In this document: piece after piece, positions 49,565-58,911 of the stretch
Numbering within the stretch: position 1 is the stretch's first letter
How the letters are laid out: every line of letters starts with the position of its first letter
From: Candidatus Latescibacterota bacterium
Lineage (GTDB): Bacteria; Latescibacterota; UBA2968
Direction of reading: 5' to 3'
Length of the DNA: 64,000 nucleotides
Assembly (NCBI GenBank): GCA_965204745.1
Contig: OZ242010.1
Location: forward strand, 4,096,001 to 4,160,000
Translations under genes and position numbers: made by a program
The notes under the pieces: generated by a model
Told to the model about the DNA's origin: nothing
Seen by the model: the letters and a program-made list of their open reading frames with translations, nothing else
Database searches by the model: none

Positions 49565-50551
49565 TTGCCTAAAATCACGCAGACCGTTTCAAGACTTATC
49601 CAAAGAGCACTCACCTTCGTCAAAGAAGTGATCTGGCATATTTTGTTTTTCGTTGTGGTGGTCATCGGCTTTGGATTCCTTTATACCCGATTCACCCCAA
49701 CGGGTCACGGCATTGGGCAAAATCTCAAGCCTCTTTCCGACATTACACTTTTCACAGGCATATACTTTAGTATTATCACGATCTCTTCTTTGGGGTACGG
49801 CGACATGCATCCGATGGGCTTTTCTAAGGCCCTCATTTGCGTCGAAGTTCTCCTGGGACTGGGAGTGATAGGTAGCATGATCGCCAAAGTAACTTCGCGC
49901 CGCCTGTCATACCATGTTTCGCGTCTCTTCAGTTTTGATGCCCAAAAACGACTTGAAGATTTCGCCACGCAATTCGATACCGTTCGGGGAGATCTCGATG
50001 CAATTATGCAGAAACTTACGACAGCTTATCAGAGTACGCCCCGTCAGATACCTCCGCCTGCCGAGGATAAGAGGGCATTGATCTCAGACTTCCAAAAAAT
50101 TATCAGTGATTTAAAATTAAAATGTATCGAGTTGCGAGATTATTTTTTGGACGAGATTGCACAGGAAAAAAAATATTTTCAGATTGCTCCATCTAGCGCA
50201 ATGGTGCGGGTAGGTAATGCTGTTGATGACACATTTTTTTCTTTGGGTCAACTCATCACAAGCATGTCGCCACAAGCGAGAGCCGAAACACTTGATCAGC
50301 ACAATAGACAGGGAATTTCAGAGGCGATTGACTCACAGAAACAGGTGTGTAACTCGGTTGATCAAAATGCGACTGATAAGGAGACTCGAGTAGTGTTCCA
50401 GCGCATTGAGGAGACTTGCAAAGGGATTACAGCAAGCTACTTTTCAGTTCCGGAAGTTCCGGGAGAATCGCAACCGGACCAAGTTCTACAAGGTGCTGAC
50501 GAACCACAACAATTTTCAGGAGTGGACAATGAGCATACGGATTCCTCATAG
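49565..50551 (+). CDS. Two-TM potassium-channel-domain protein with a helical C-terminus (low GC)
   Basis: YFSIITISSLGYGDMHP selectivity filter between two TM helices. Confidence 0.85.
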   Translation: MPKITQTVSRLIQRALTFVKEVIWHILFFVVVVIGFGFLYTRFTPTGHGIGQNLKPLSDITLFTGIYFSIITISSLGYGDMHPMGFSKALICVEVLLGLGVIGSMIAKVTSRRLSYHVSRLFSFDAQKRLEDFATQFDTVRGDLDAIMQKLTTAYQSTPRQIPPPAEDKRALISDFQKIISDLKLKCIELRDYFLDEIAQEKKYFQIAPSSAMVRVGNAVDDTFFSLGQLITSMSPQARAETLDQHNRQGISEAIDSQKQVCNSVDQNATDKETRVVFQRIEETCKGITASYFSVPEVPGESQPDQVLQGADEPQQFSGVDNEHTDSS

Positions 50552-50918
50552 ACACGCACAATCGCTACGCCTTAACTGGACACAGTGCTATGGCGATGTC
50601 TGGTGCAAGCTCAATTTCGTAAATTTGGACCACGAGCATTTCGACAATGAACCCCGTGGTGTTTATATCATTTGGCACGGGGGGCCAAATCCCGCGGTTG
50701 TGTACATTGGGCAAGGGAATATCAAGGAACGCATCGCTGAACACCGGAAGAATCCGGAGATACAGCAATACGAGTATCTGGATCTCTATGTAACTTGGGC
50801 AGTAGTACATGAGTATGACCGAGATGGTGTGGAAGCATATTTGGCTGATGTTTGGAAACCGATTGTCGGCACGCACCACCCCCAAGCCCCTCCCATAGAA
50901 GTAAATCCCCCGTGGTAG
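50529..50918 (+). CDS. Small GIY-YIG nuclease-like protein
   Basis: RGVYII...VVYIGQGNIKERIAEH...GVEAYL; overlaps the end of the channel gene. Confidence 0.7.
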   Translation: MSIRIPHRHAQSLRLNWTQCYGDVWCKLNFVNLDHEHFDNEPRGVYIIWHGGPNPAVVYIGQGNIKERIAEHRKNPEIQQYEYLDLYVTWAVVHEYDRDGVEAYLADVWKPIVGTHHPQAPPIEVNPPW

Positions 50919-51067
50919 TTATTTTGCAAAAGCGGGATAGTCGAAACGCGTATCATTCACCTGCCGACAGAGGGACAGACGCCGGCCAAATATCTGTCCG
51001 AAGAATTTCTCATGCCGCGAAACTGACAGAGGGCCTTGCACTCAAAGACGCCCGGAGAAACAACGCC

Positions 51068-51292
51068 ATGCAATTCACGATTACCATAGATAGAGATGAG
51101 GATGGAGTTTGGGTTGCCGAATGTCCATCTATCCCGGGTTGCGTGAGCCAAGGGCAAACAAAAGAGGAAGCCCTTGCCAATATTGAGGAAGCGATCCAAC
51201 TGTGTTTGGAAGTCAGAGCCGAGCGCGGTATGCCTTTCTCAAACCGGGATTTGTCATTTCATGCTTCACTTCACTTAAACCCGTGTTTTTGA
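51068..51292 (+). CDS. hicB: HicB-family antitoxin, orphan and probably altered at the C-terminus
   Basis: DEDGVWVAECPSIPGCVSQGQTKEEALANIEEAI. Confidence 0.85.
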   Translation: MQFTITIDRDEDGVWVAECPSIPGCVSQGQTKEEALANIEEAIQLCLEVRAERGMPFSNRDLSFHASLHLNPCF

Positions 51293-51313
51293 CACACACT
51301 TCAAGGAGGAAGA

Positions 51314-53620
51314 ATGGCGATACAACAGGAAGATTATTTGGGCATTGCGGATTACAAGGTCGTGGGGACGCGGCCCGTGCGGCACGATGGCACGGACAAG
51401 GTGACGGGCAGGGCGATTTACGGCACGGACCTCAACTTGCCCGACATGCTCTATGCCAAAGTCTTGCGAAGCCCGCATGCACATGCGCGGATCGCGTCTA
51501 TCGACACGCGCAAAGCCGAAGCCCTGGACGGGGTGCGCGCCGTGGTCACGGGCCAGGATTTGGCGCGAAATGCCGAAGAGCAGTTGGCCGATTTGGGCGA
51601 AGAGGTGGTGCGGATTAAGGATTTGTGCGCGGCGGTGCTGGCACGCGAAAAGGAGAAGGTGCTCTATCAGGGCTATCCGGTCGCGGCGGTCGCGGCGGCC
51701 AATGTCCACATCGCCGAAGAAGCCTTGGACTTGATCGAGGTCGAATACGAGGTGTTGCCCCATGTGCTGGATGTGCAGGAGGCGATGAAGGATGACGCGC
51801 CGCTGGTACACGAAGATCAAAAGACCAAATCGATGGGCGAAACGAGCGATAAGCCCAGCAATATCGCGTCTCATTTTCGCACGGAATTGGGCGATGTCGC
51901 GCAGGGGTTTGCCGAGGCCGATGTGATTGTCGAGCGCGAATTTCGCACGGATATGGTGCATCAGGGCTATATCGAACCGCAAAATGCCACGGTCTTGTGG
52001 AATGCCGATGGGATGGTGACGATTTGGTGCAGCAACCAGGGCGCGTTTGGGGTGCGGGATCAGACCGCGAAAATTTTGGGCATTCCGGTGTCGCAGATCA
52101 AGGTCGTCCCCCTGGAAATTGGCGGGGGCTTTGGGGGCAAGATCAAGGCGTATTTGGAACCCATCGCCGCGCTGTTGTCGCGGAAAACCGGGCATCCGGT
52201 CAAAATGATCATGACCCGCACCGAGGTCTTGCAGGCCACAGGCCCCACGTCCGGGTCTTGGATTCGCGTGAAAATGGGCGCGACCCAAGATGGCAAACTC
52301 GTCGCCGCAGAAAGCGAACTCGTCTATGAGTCCGGGGCCTTTTCGGGAAGCCCGGTGAGCGCGGGCGCGCGCAATATGCTGGCGCCCTACGTCATCCCAC
52401 ACGTCTTGGTGGATGGGTATGACGTGGTGGTCAACAAACCCTCGACATCGGCCTATCGCGCGCCGGGCACGACCAATGCGGCGTTTGCCGTTGAAACCGC
52501 GGTGGATGAACTGGCCGAGAAATTGGACCTCGATCCCCTAACTTTTCGGCTGGACAATTCCGCAAAAGAAGGCACGCGCCGCGCCGATGGCCCGATGAAC
52601 AAACGCATTGGACACGAGGAATGCGTGCGTGCGGCGGCCTCTTCCGACCACTATCTGACCGCGCTCAATGGCAAATACCGCGGGCGCGGTGTGGCGTCTG
52701 GTTTTTGGGGCAATGGGGGCGGTGTTTCGAGCGCGGCGGCGAGTGTGAATGACGATGGCACGATCAATTTGGTGGAGGGGTCAACCGATATTGGCGGCAC
52801 GCGCACGTCGGTCGCCATGCAGATGGCTGAGGTCTTGGGCATTTCCGAACAGCAGATCCGCCCGCAGGTCGGCGATACGGATTCGATTGGCTACACGGGC
52901 GTGACCGGCGGGTCGCGCACGACCTTTGCCACGGGTTGGGCCGCTTACAAGTGCGCGCAAGACATCAAAGAGCAGATGATGGCGCGCGCCGCGATCATGT
53001 GGGAGATTTCAGAGGACGATATCGAGTTTGACCAAGGGGTGTTTCGGTCGAAGTCCGATCCGTCCAAGTCGATCACCTTTAAGGACTTGGCGGCGCGGCT
53101 CGATTCCACGGGCGGCCCCGTGATGGGGCGCGCCACGGCAAAGCCCACGGGCGTTGGCGGGGCGTACGCGGTGTCGATAGTGGATGTGGAAGTCGATCCG
53201 GAAACCGGCAAAGTCGATATTTTGCGCGCGTCCATTTTCCAAGATGCGGGCAAGGCGATTTATCCGCCTTATGTGGAAGGGCAGATGCAGGGCGGCGTGG
53301 CGCAGGCGATAGGCTGGGCACTCAACGAAGAGTACGTCTATGACGACAACGGCATTTTGCGGAACGACAGTTTGTTGGATTACCGCATGCCGACGTGCCT
53401 GGACTTGCCGATGATCGACGCGCACATCGTCGAAGTGCCCAATCCCGGACACCCCTACGGCGTGCGCGGCGTGGGCGAGGTGCCGATTGTGCCCCCCACC
53501 GCAGCGGTTGCCAATGCCATTTATGACGCGGTTGGCCTGCGCCTGACCGAGTTGCCCATGTCACCTCCGCGCGTGTTGCGTGCCCTGTGGCAGAAAAACG
53601 GCGGCAATGGCGCAGGGTAA
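51314..53620 (+). CDS. Xanthine dehydrogenase-family molybdopterin-binding subunit
   Basis: KVTGRAIY, RSPHAHARI, IGGGFGGK, AYRAPG, EGQMQGG and RGVGE. Confidence 0.95.
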   Translation: MAIQQEDYLGIADYKVVGTRPVRHDGTDKVTGRAIYGTDLNLPDMLYAKVLRSPHAHARIASIDTRKAEALDGVRAVVTGQDLARNAEEQLADLGEEVVRIKDLCAAVLAREKEKVLYQGYPVAAVAAANVHIAEEALDLIEVEYEVLPHVLDVQEAMKDDAPLVHEDQKTKSMGETSDKPSNIASHFRTELGDVAQGFAEADVIVEREFRTDMVHQGYIEPQNATVLWNADGMVTIWCSNQGAFGVRDQTAKILGIPVSQIKVVPLEIGGGFGGKIKAYLEPIAALLSRKTGHPVKMIMTRTEVLQATGPTSGSWIRVKMGATQDGKLVAAESELVYESGAFSGSPVSAGARNMLAPYVIPHVLVDGYDVVVNKPSTSAYRAPGTTNAAFAVETAVDELAEKLDLDPLTFRLDNSAKEGTRRADGPMNKRIGHEECVRAAASSDHYLTALNGKYRGRGVASGFWGNGGGVSSAAASVNDDGTINLVEGSTDIGGTRTSVAMQMAEVLGISEQQIRPQVGDTDSIGYTGVTGGSRTTFATGWAAYKCAQDIKEQMMARAAIMWEISEDDIEFDQGVFRSKSDPSKSITFKDLAARLDSTGGPVMGRATAKPTGVGGAYAVSIVDVEVDPETGKVDILRASIFQDAGKAIYPPYVEGQMQGGVAQAIGWALNEEYVYDDNGILRNDSLLDYRMPTCLDLPMIDAHIVEVPNPGHPYGVRGVGEVPIVPPTAAVANAIYDAVGLRLTELPMSPPRVLRALWQKNGGNGAG

Positions 53621-53832
53621 GCGGTTGGGGGCCTTCTCCCCTCTTGTATCTTTGGGCGAGGAGCATCGTCACTGCTCACCTTTGAACTAGCTGTCGCTAG
53701 TTGTACCCCGCTCGTGCCTTTTGTGCCTTTTGTGCCTTTTGTGGCTAATAAACTCCCATCTCCATCTTACGTCTCACCTCTTGCTTGCTGGCAGGCAACT
53801 GACAACTGATCCTCGAAACAGGAGTTATAGAC

Positions 53833-54114
53833 ATGCCCGAAGTGTGGATTCCGTCGCTGATGCGTAAATTGACCAATGGCCGGGAAAAGGTGATCGTGGA
53901 AGGGCAGACCCTGCGCGAGGTGATCGAGAATTTGGACGCGCAATTTCCCGGCGTCAAAGATCGGGTGATTTACGAAGATTACCGGATCGCACCGGGGTTG
54001 GCGGTCGCCATCGATGGCGTTGTCACCGAGGAAGGCTTGCGAACCCGAGTGCCGCCCAATAGCGAGGTGCATTTTGTGACCTCCATTGCAGGCGGGTCAG
54101 GTGCTCGGCATTGA
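53833..54114 (+). CDS. MoaD/ThiS-family ubiquitin-like protein
   Basis: AGGAG RBS; VWIPSLMR...SEVHFVTSIAGG. Confidence 0.85.
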   Translation: MPEVWIPSLMRKLTNGREKVIVEGQTLREVIENLDAQFPGVKDRVIYEDYRIAPGLAVAIDGVVTEEGLRTRVPPNSEVHFVTSIAGGSGARH

Positions 54115-54179
54115 CCACGTGCCCGTATAGATCGGCGAACCCACGAGGAAACCACGTGCCCGTATAGATCGCACATGAG

Positions 54180-54215
54180 AACGGCCCCGCGATAGAGCAA
54201 TCGCGGGGCCGTTTT
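54180..54215. terminator. Intrinsic terminator
   Basis: AACGGCCCCGCGAT...ATCGCGGGGCCGTTTT. Confidence 0.85.
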
Positions 54216-54229
54216 GTTGGGGTGTGGAT

Positions 54230-55861
54230 TTATCGCGCATTCCGCAACCGCTTTCTCAGAGTTTCAATTTTCAAGCCATCCTCTGATAGCTCGGATGTCG
54301 GTATCATCTCTAAAATGCGACGCGCTTTTGTCGGTTGGTTTTTGTCGATCAATGCTTCGGCATAGACCACATAGGGTTGGGCGGTTTCGGTTTTTGCGGG
54401 TTGGGCATCAAATCGCATCAGAACGCGCTGGGCAGTTTCGAGGTCATCCGTCGTCATCAGGTAGTTTATGAGTTGGCTCGCCAACGCGCCCGAATTGGGC
54501 AGGGCCTCAAAAGCCATCGCCAAGTGTGACAATGCTGCTCGCCGGTCGCCGGTCGACCACAGCAACGCGCTTTCGCGCACCGCATGGATCACCCTGTGGC
54601 GCGGATGGGCGAGCAGGGTGACGCGAAAATAGGTGCGCCCCTCATCGTAGTCGAATTGGGGTTCTGGCGATCCGTTTTCAGCCATGCGCCTGCGGATTTT
54701 GGGCAACCCGGTTCCGCGGCCTTCGGCCAGTCTCAATTCTTTCAAAAATTCGCCTATCCGCCGATTGCGTGCAGGGACAGGGGGCACGACACTGCCCGGC
54801 GCGAAATGGCGCGCCTCAATGCCGTGAAGGGGCCCCGGATAACTGATGATTTCCAGGCGATCCGGATACACGTATATTTTTGTGGGCTCGAGCAGATTAT
54901 CATAAGAACGGTGATACACGGCGTTGACCACCGCTTCCTCTATCGCCTCGTAGGGATAGGCGACCACGCGCTCTACTTCGGCCTTTCGCGGTTGCTTTTT
55001 CAGGATGACCTCGGTGAGTGAATTGAGGTGAGCCAAGGTGTGGCTGACCTGATCGTTGAGCGGGCCCGCAATCGTTCGCTCGGCGATTAAATCGCCGCCT
55101 GCGTGGTCCGCAAATTGCACGATCTCGATTTGCGCGCCGGGAAAGAAACGCTCCGGGGTCTCGCTGAAGAACAGAAGGGCTGCGTTGCGCGGGGCAAAGT
55201 GATCATTGATCTGGACGACAATTCGCATTCGCCGATACAGGTCGCTGTCTGCGATGTTCGTTTCGGGCGGTATCAGGTCGCTTTGCACCTGGGAAAGGAA
55301 TCGGCGAACCAACGTCGGAGAGATGGCATCGACTGTGGCGCGCAGGTTGCGGCGGTCGTCGAACGGTATTCGCGCGGTTTGCGCGATGAGTTGCGTGCGT
55401 ATTTCCCCTCGCGCTTCAACAGTGCTAGAGCCTTGCCGCACGTAGTATTCCCGTTCGCCACCGCGGCCGCGTTTTGGGGCTTGATAGGGCCGGTTATCGC
55501 CGCCGGGTGCCCAGATAATCAGGATGGTTTTATCGCAGTGCGTTTCGGGAAACACGAGCGGTTGGTACATGGGATCGATGCGGTTGCACTGCCCGCGGAT
55601 CTCGCATTGAAGCTGATCGAGGTCGAGATGCCCGAGGCCGCACGGCGGCAGGATGGGCAGGCCGCGTTCATCGGTGTCAATGCCCAAGATGATGTACCCG
55701 CCGTTCAGGTTGTGCAAGTCATTGGCAAATGCACATACGCTCCGAACAACCGATTCTTTTACCGCGTCATTCCAAGTCGCCTTGAATTCGCGGCGGTTGT
55801 CTTCCACTGATCTGGCGTGGATCAGATTGTCGATGTTGATTGGCGAGTTCTGCATGGGCAT
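54230..55861 (-). CDS. Schlafen/AlbA_2 + HATPase_c_4 protein with a TPR-like tail
   Basis: EDNRREFK..VCAFAN..GGYIILGI; EAIEEAVVNAVYHRSY; RNRRIGEFLKELRLAEGRGTG. Confidence 0.85.
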   Translation of the reverse strand: MPMQNSPINIDNLIHARSVEDNRREFKATWNDAVKESVVRSVCAFANDLHNLNGGYIILGIDTDERGLPILPPCGLGHLDLDQLQCEIRGQCNRIDPMYQPLVFPETHCDKTILIIWAPGGDNRPYQAPKRGRGGEREYYVRQGSSTVEARGEIRTQLIAQTARIPFDDRRNLRATVDAISPTLVRRFLSQVQSDLIPPETNIADSDLYRRMRIVVQINDHFAPRNAALLFFSETPERFFPGAQIEIVQFADHAGGDLIAERTIAGPLNDQVSHTLAHLNSLTEVILKKQPRKAEVERVVAYPYEAIEEAVVNAVYHRSYDNLLEPTKIYVYPDRLEIISYPGPLHGIEARHFAPGSVVPPVPARNRRIGEFLKELRLAEGRGTGLPKIRRRMAENGSPEPQFDYDEGRTYFRVTLLAHPRHRVIHAVRESALLWSTGDRRAALSHLAMAFEALPNSGALASQLINYLMTTDDLETAQRVLMRFDAQPAKTETAQPYVVYAEALIDKNQPTKARRILEMIPTSELSEDGLKIETLRKRLRNAR

Positions 55862-55884
55862 CCCAACCGGGCATTAGGTGATCG

Positions 55885-56997
55885 CTAAGTGCAAAACCGG
55901 CGCACCAGTTCCGAAAAGGTTTCGACAGCGCGGTGGAGTTGGTCGATTTCGATCCATTCGTCGATGGTGTGGGCTTGTTGGATGTTGCCGGGGCCGAGGA
56001 CGACGAGTTCCATTGTTTTGCCGAAGATCATGCCATCCGTGCCATAAGCCACGGTTTTGGGCGCGCGCGTTTGCGTGACACCAAGGGCTTCGCGCACGAT
56101 GCGGGAATCCACTGGCGTGGCGAGTGGGAAGAGGTCGTCATGGATTTCGATGTCGATGCCATGGGTTTGCGCGAGGGATCTGATTTTGTCGAGCACGGGG
56201 TCGAAATTTTGCCCGGGCATCGGGCGCATGTTGATGGTTGCCCCGGCTTCTGGCGCGGTGATGTTAGACGCTCGTTCCCCCCCGTGAATGACGATGTTGA
56301 GCGTGGCGTGCGGCGGCGTGAACGCGGGGTTGAGGTACTCTGCGTCGGTTTGGAGCGTGCGGTCAATGGCGAGCATGGCGTTGAGAAACGGGATCAACTT
56401 GTGATTGGCGTTGACGCCTTGGCCCGTGCTGCTGTGCGCGGCTTTGCCCGTGGCCGCAATGCTGATTTTGACCGAGCCTTTGTGCGCGTGTACCACCTCG
56501 AGCAGGGTCGGCTCGCCAATAATGCCGTAGCGCGCATTAGAGGTTTTTAAGACCTCTGATTTTTCGGCGACGACCGCGGCCCCGCCGCAGTTGATTTCCT
56601 CGTCTGCGGTGACGACCACGTAGATGGGGTGCGCGAGTTCGCTTTCGGTGAAACGATTCGCGGTGGCGATCATGCACGCGACCGAGCCTTTCATGTCCGC
56701 GACGCCGCGGCCGTAGATTTTCGATCCCTTTTGCACGACCTGAAAGGGATCCCACGCCCACCCCTCGGCGGGCACTGTGTCGTTGTGACCCATCAGGGCA
56801 AGCCCGCCTGTGCCGCGGCCTTTTTTGCCCACGAGGTTCAACTTGGGAATGCCATTGGGGTCCGCGTATGGAATGCGTTCAACAGCCAGGCCGGCCTCGC
56901 GCATTTTTGTTGCCATGGCATTTGAACAATCGACATTGCTCAAAGAACTGGCCGAGTTGAAGGAAACAAATTCTCGCGTGAGTTGTACGGGGTCCAT
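55885..56997 (-). CDS. argE: M20 metallopeptidase / acetylornithine deacetylase-like
   Basis: GHNDTVP, GRGVADMKG, ADEE, IGEPT and QAHTIDE. Confidence 0.8.
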   Translation of the reverse strand: MDPVQLTREFVSFNSASSLSNVDCSNAMATKMREAGLAVERIPYADPNGIPKLNLVGKKGRGTGGLALMGHNDTVPAEGWAWDPFQVVQKGSKIYGRGVADMKGSVACMIATANRFTESELAHPIYVVVTADEEINCGGAAVVAEKSEVLKTSNARYGIIGEPTLLEVVHAHKGSVKISIAATGKAAHSSTGQGVNANHKLIPFLNAMLAIDRTLQTDAEYLNPAFTPPHATLNIVIHGGERASNITAPEAGATINMRPMPGQNFDPVLDKIRSLAQTHGIDIEIHDDLFPLATPVDSRIVREALGVTQTRAPKTVAYGTDGMIFGKTMELVVLGPGNIQQAHTIDEWIEIDQLHRAVETFSELVRRFCT

Positions 56998-57182
56998 AAA
57001 ATCCCTTTCTCAGAACAAGTGGGAATGCGGCGATGAACGGGATTGAGCGCGGGCAATATACGTCGGTGTGGCGAATGGGGCAATCAATTCCCCAATGGAT
57101 GGTTAGACGCTGTGGTTGTCAATTTTGCCGGTCGGACTTAGATTGTGGCGTCAATACAAACCCTCTAACCGAGAATCCTACT

Positions 57183-58811
57183 ATGGCTTTTTCATCACAT
57201 GGCATAACACACAGATCCACGGTGACGGGCACGCGCGGGATGGTGGCTTGCGCGCATCCATTGGCCGCGCTATCGGGGGTGCGAATCTTGCTCGACGGGG
57301 GCAATGCGTTTGACGCTGCGGTCGCGGTTGCCGCCGCGCTCAATGTGGTCGAACCGTATATGTCCGGCATTGCGGGCGTGGGCTATGCCATGCTCTACGA
57401 CGCGAAAAATGACCGCGTGCGCGTGTTGGATTACTGCGGGCGAACGCCTTATGAAGCGCGTGCCGAGTTGTTTGACGCGATGGCGGACAAAGATGCCGGG
57501 CCGCGCTCGTGCCTGACGCCTGGCGCGTGTGCCGGGTGGTTGGCACTGTTGGAACGCCACGGCACGATGTCGCCTGCACGGGTTTTCGCGCCTGCGATTG
57601 AATTGGCAGAGCAAGGCTTTGCCCTGACCGTGAAGAACAGCGCGTTTATGGGCAACAGCGGCGGGCGGCTGAACGAAAATGCCGCACAGGTGATTTTATC
57701 GCGTGGTCGCGCGCCATTGCCGGGCGAAGTGCTCGTCCAAAAGGATTTGGCGCGCACGTTTCGGCGGGTCGCCGAGGGCGGCGCAGAGGTGTTTTATCGC
57801 GGGGATTTGGCCAGGGAGATGGCGGCGTGGGTTCAAGCCCAAGGCGGGTGGTTGTCCGAGCGCGATTTTGCGGCGTTTGAACCGGACTGGGTCGATCCCA
57901 TCGCCACGCCCTATCGGGGCTATGCGGTGATGTGCCCGCCGCCGCCGAGTGCGGGGTTTCAGATTCTCGAAACGCTCAATATGCTCGAGGGCTATGACCT
58001 CGCGGAGATGGGCCATCACTCGGAACTCGGCCTTCATGTGTTCATCGAAGCCGTGCGCTTGGGCAATGCGGATCGGATAGAATACGCCGCCGCAGCGCGT
58101 CCCCCCATTCGGGGCTTGCTGTCCAAAGGCTATGCCGCAGAACGCCGAAAGCAGATTGGAAACCGCGCGGGGGTGCATCGGGGCGAGTGGTATCCAGAGA
58201 CCAAATTGCCGGATGAAATCGCGCCGGGAGATCCCACGGCTTGGATCGACGAATGTACCACGCACTTTGACGTGGTCGATGCCGAGGGCAATGCCGTGGC
58301 GATCACGCAGAGCTTGGGGTCGGGTTTTGGATCCGGGATGATGATGGGCGATACGGGCATGTTTTTGAACAATTTTATTCGGTGGGGCGATCTCGTTCCG
58401 CACAGCCCGAATTGCATTGCGCCGCACAAAAAATTGGATATGTGCTTGTCGCCGCTGTTGGTGTTTCGAGACGGCGCGCTCTTTTCCGCGCTGGGCACGC
58501 CGGGCAGTTGGGGCATTCAACAGACGTCCGTGCAATTTTTGACCCATGTGTTGGATTACGGAATGAACATTCAGGCGGCGATAGAAGCCCCGCGGTTCCG
58601 CATCGAAGGCGCGGGCACACAAGTGTCCATTGAACGGCGCGTGCCGCGATCTGTTCGGCGCGCGCTGATGGCGCGAGGGCACGACGTGAAGGTGTTGCCC
58701 GAGTACTCCCCAGTTTGCGGCGGCGCGCAGGGGATTGTGGTCGATAGCGAAACCGGCGCGCTGATGGGCGGCGCAGATCCGAGGCGCGATGGGTACGCGA
58801 TTGGGATTTGA
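57183..58811 (+). CDS. ggt: Gamma-glutamyltransferase family protein
   Basis: GGNAFDAAVA, TTHFDVVD (catalytic Thr) and GADPRRDG. Confidence 0.92.
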   Translation: MAFSSHGITHRSTVTGTRGMVACAHPLAALSGVRILLDGGNAFDAAVAVAAALNVVEPYMSGIAGVGYAMLYDAKNDRVRVLDYCGRTPYEARAELFDAMADKDAGPRSCLTPGACAGWLALLERHGTMSPARVFAPAIELAEQGFALTVKNSAFMGNSGGRLNENAAQVILSRGRAPLPGEVLVQKDLARTFRRVAEGGAEVFYRGDLAREMAAWVQAQGGWLSERDFAAFEPDWVDPIATPYRGYAVMCPPPPSAGFQILETLNMLEGYDLAEMGHHSELGLHVFIEAVRLGNADRIEYAAAARPPIRGLLSKGYAAERRKQIGNRAGVHRGEWYPETKLPDEIAPGDPTAWIDECTTHFDVVDAEGNAVAITQSLGSGFGSGMMMGDTGMFLNNFIRWGDLVPHSPNCIAPHKKLDMCLSPLLVFRDGALFSALGTPGSWGIQQTSVQFLTHVLDYGMNIQAAIEAPRFRIEGAGTQVSIERRVPRSVRRALMARGHDVKVLPEYSPVCGGAQGIVVDSETGALMGGADPRRDGYAIGI

Positions 58812-58911
58812 GGGACAGTTCCGGCCTCGCCATCCCAAAGGCGGATGGAACGTAGAGCCGATGCCCCCGCGCTCGGTCAAAGCGTGGTCGCTTTTGAATC
58901 GAGGAGAAGAT

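Noticed and set aside
54114-54171. Mini-CRISPR array
   Set aside because: Only two 21-bp repeats with a 16-nt spacer and no cas genes.
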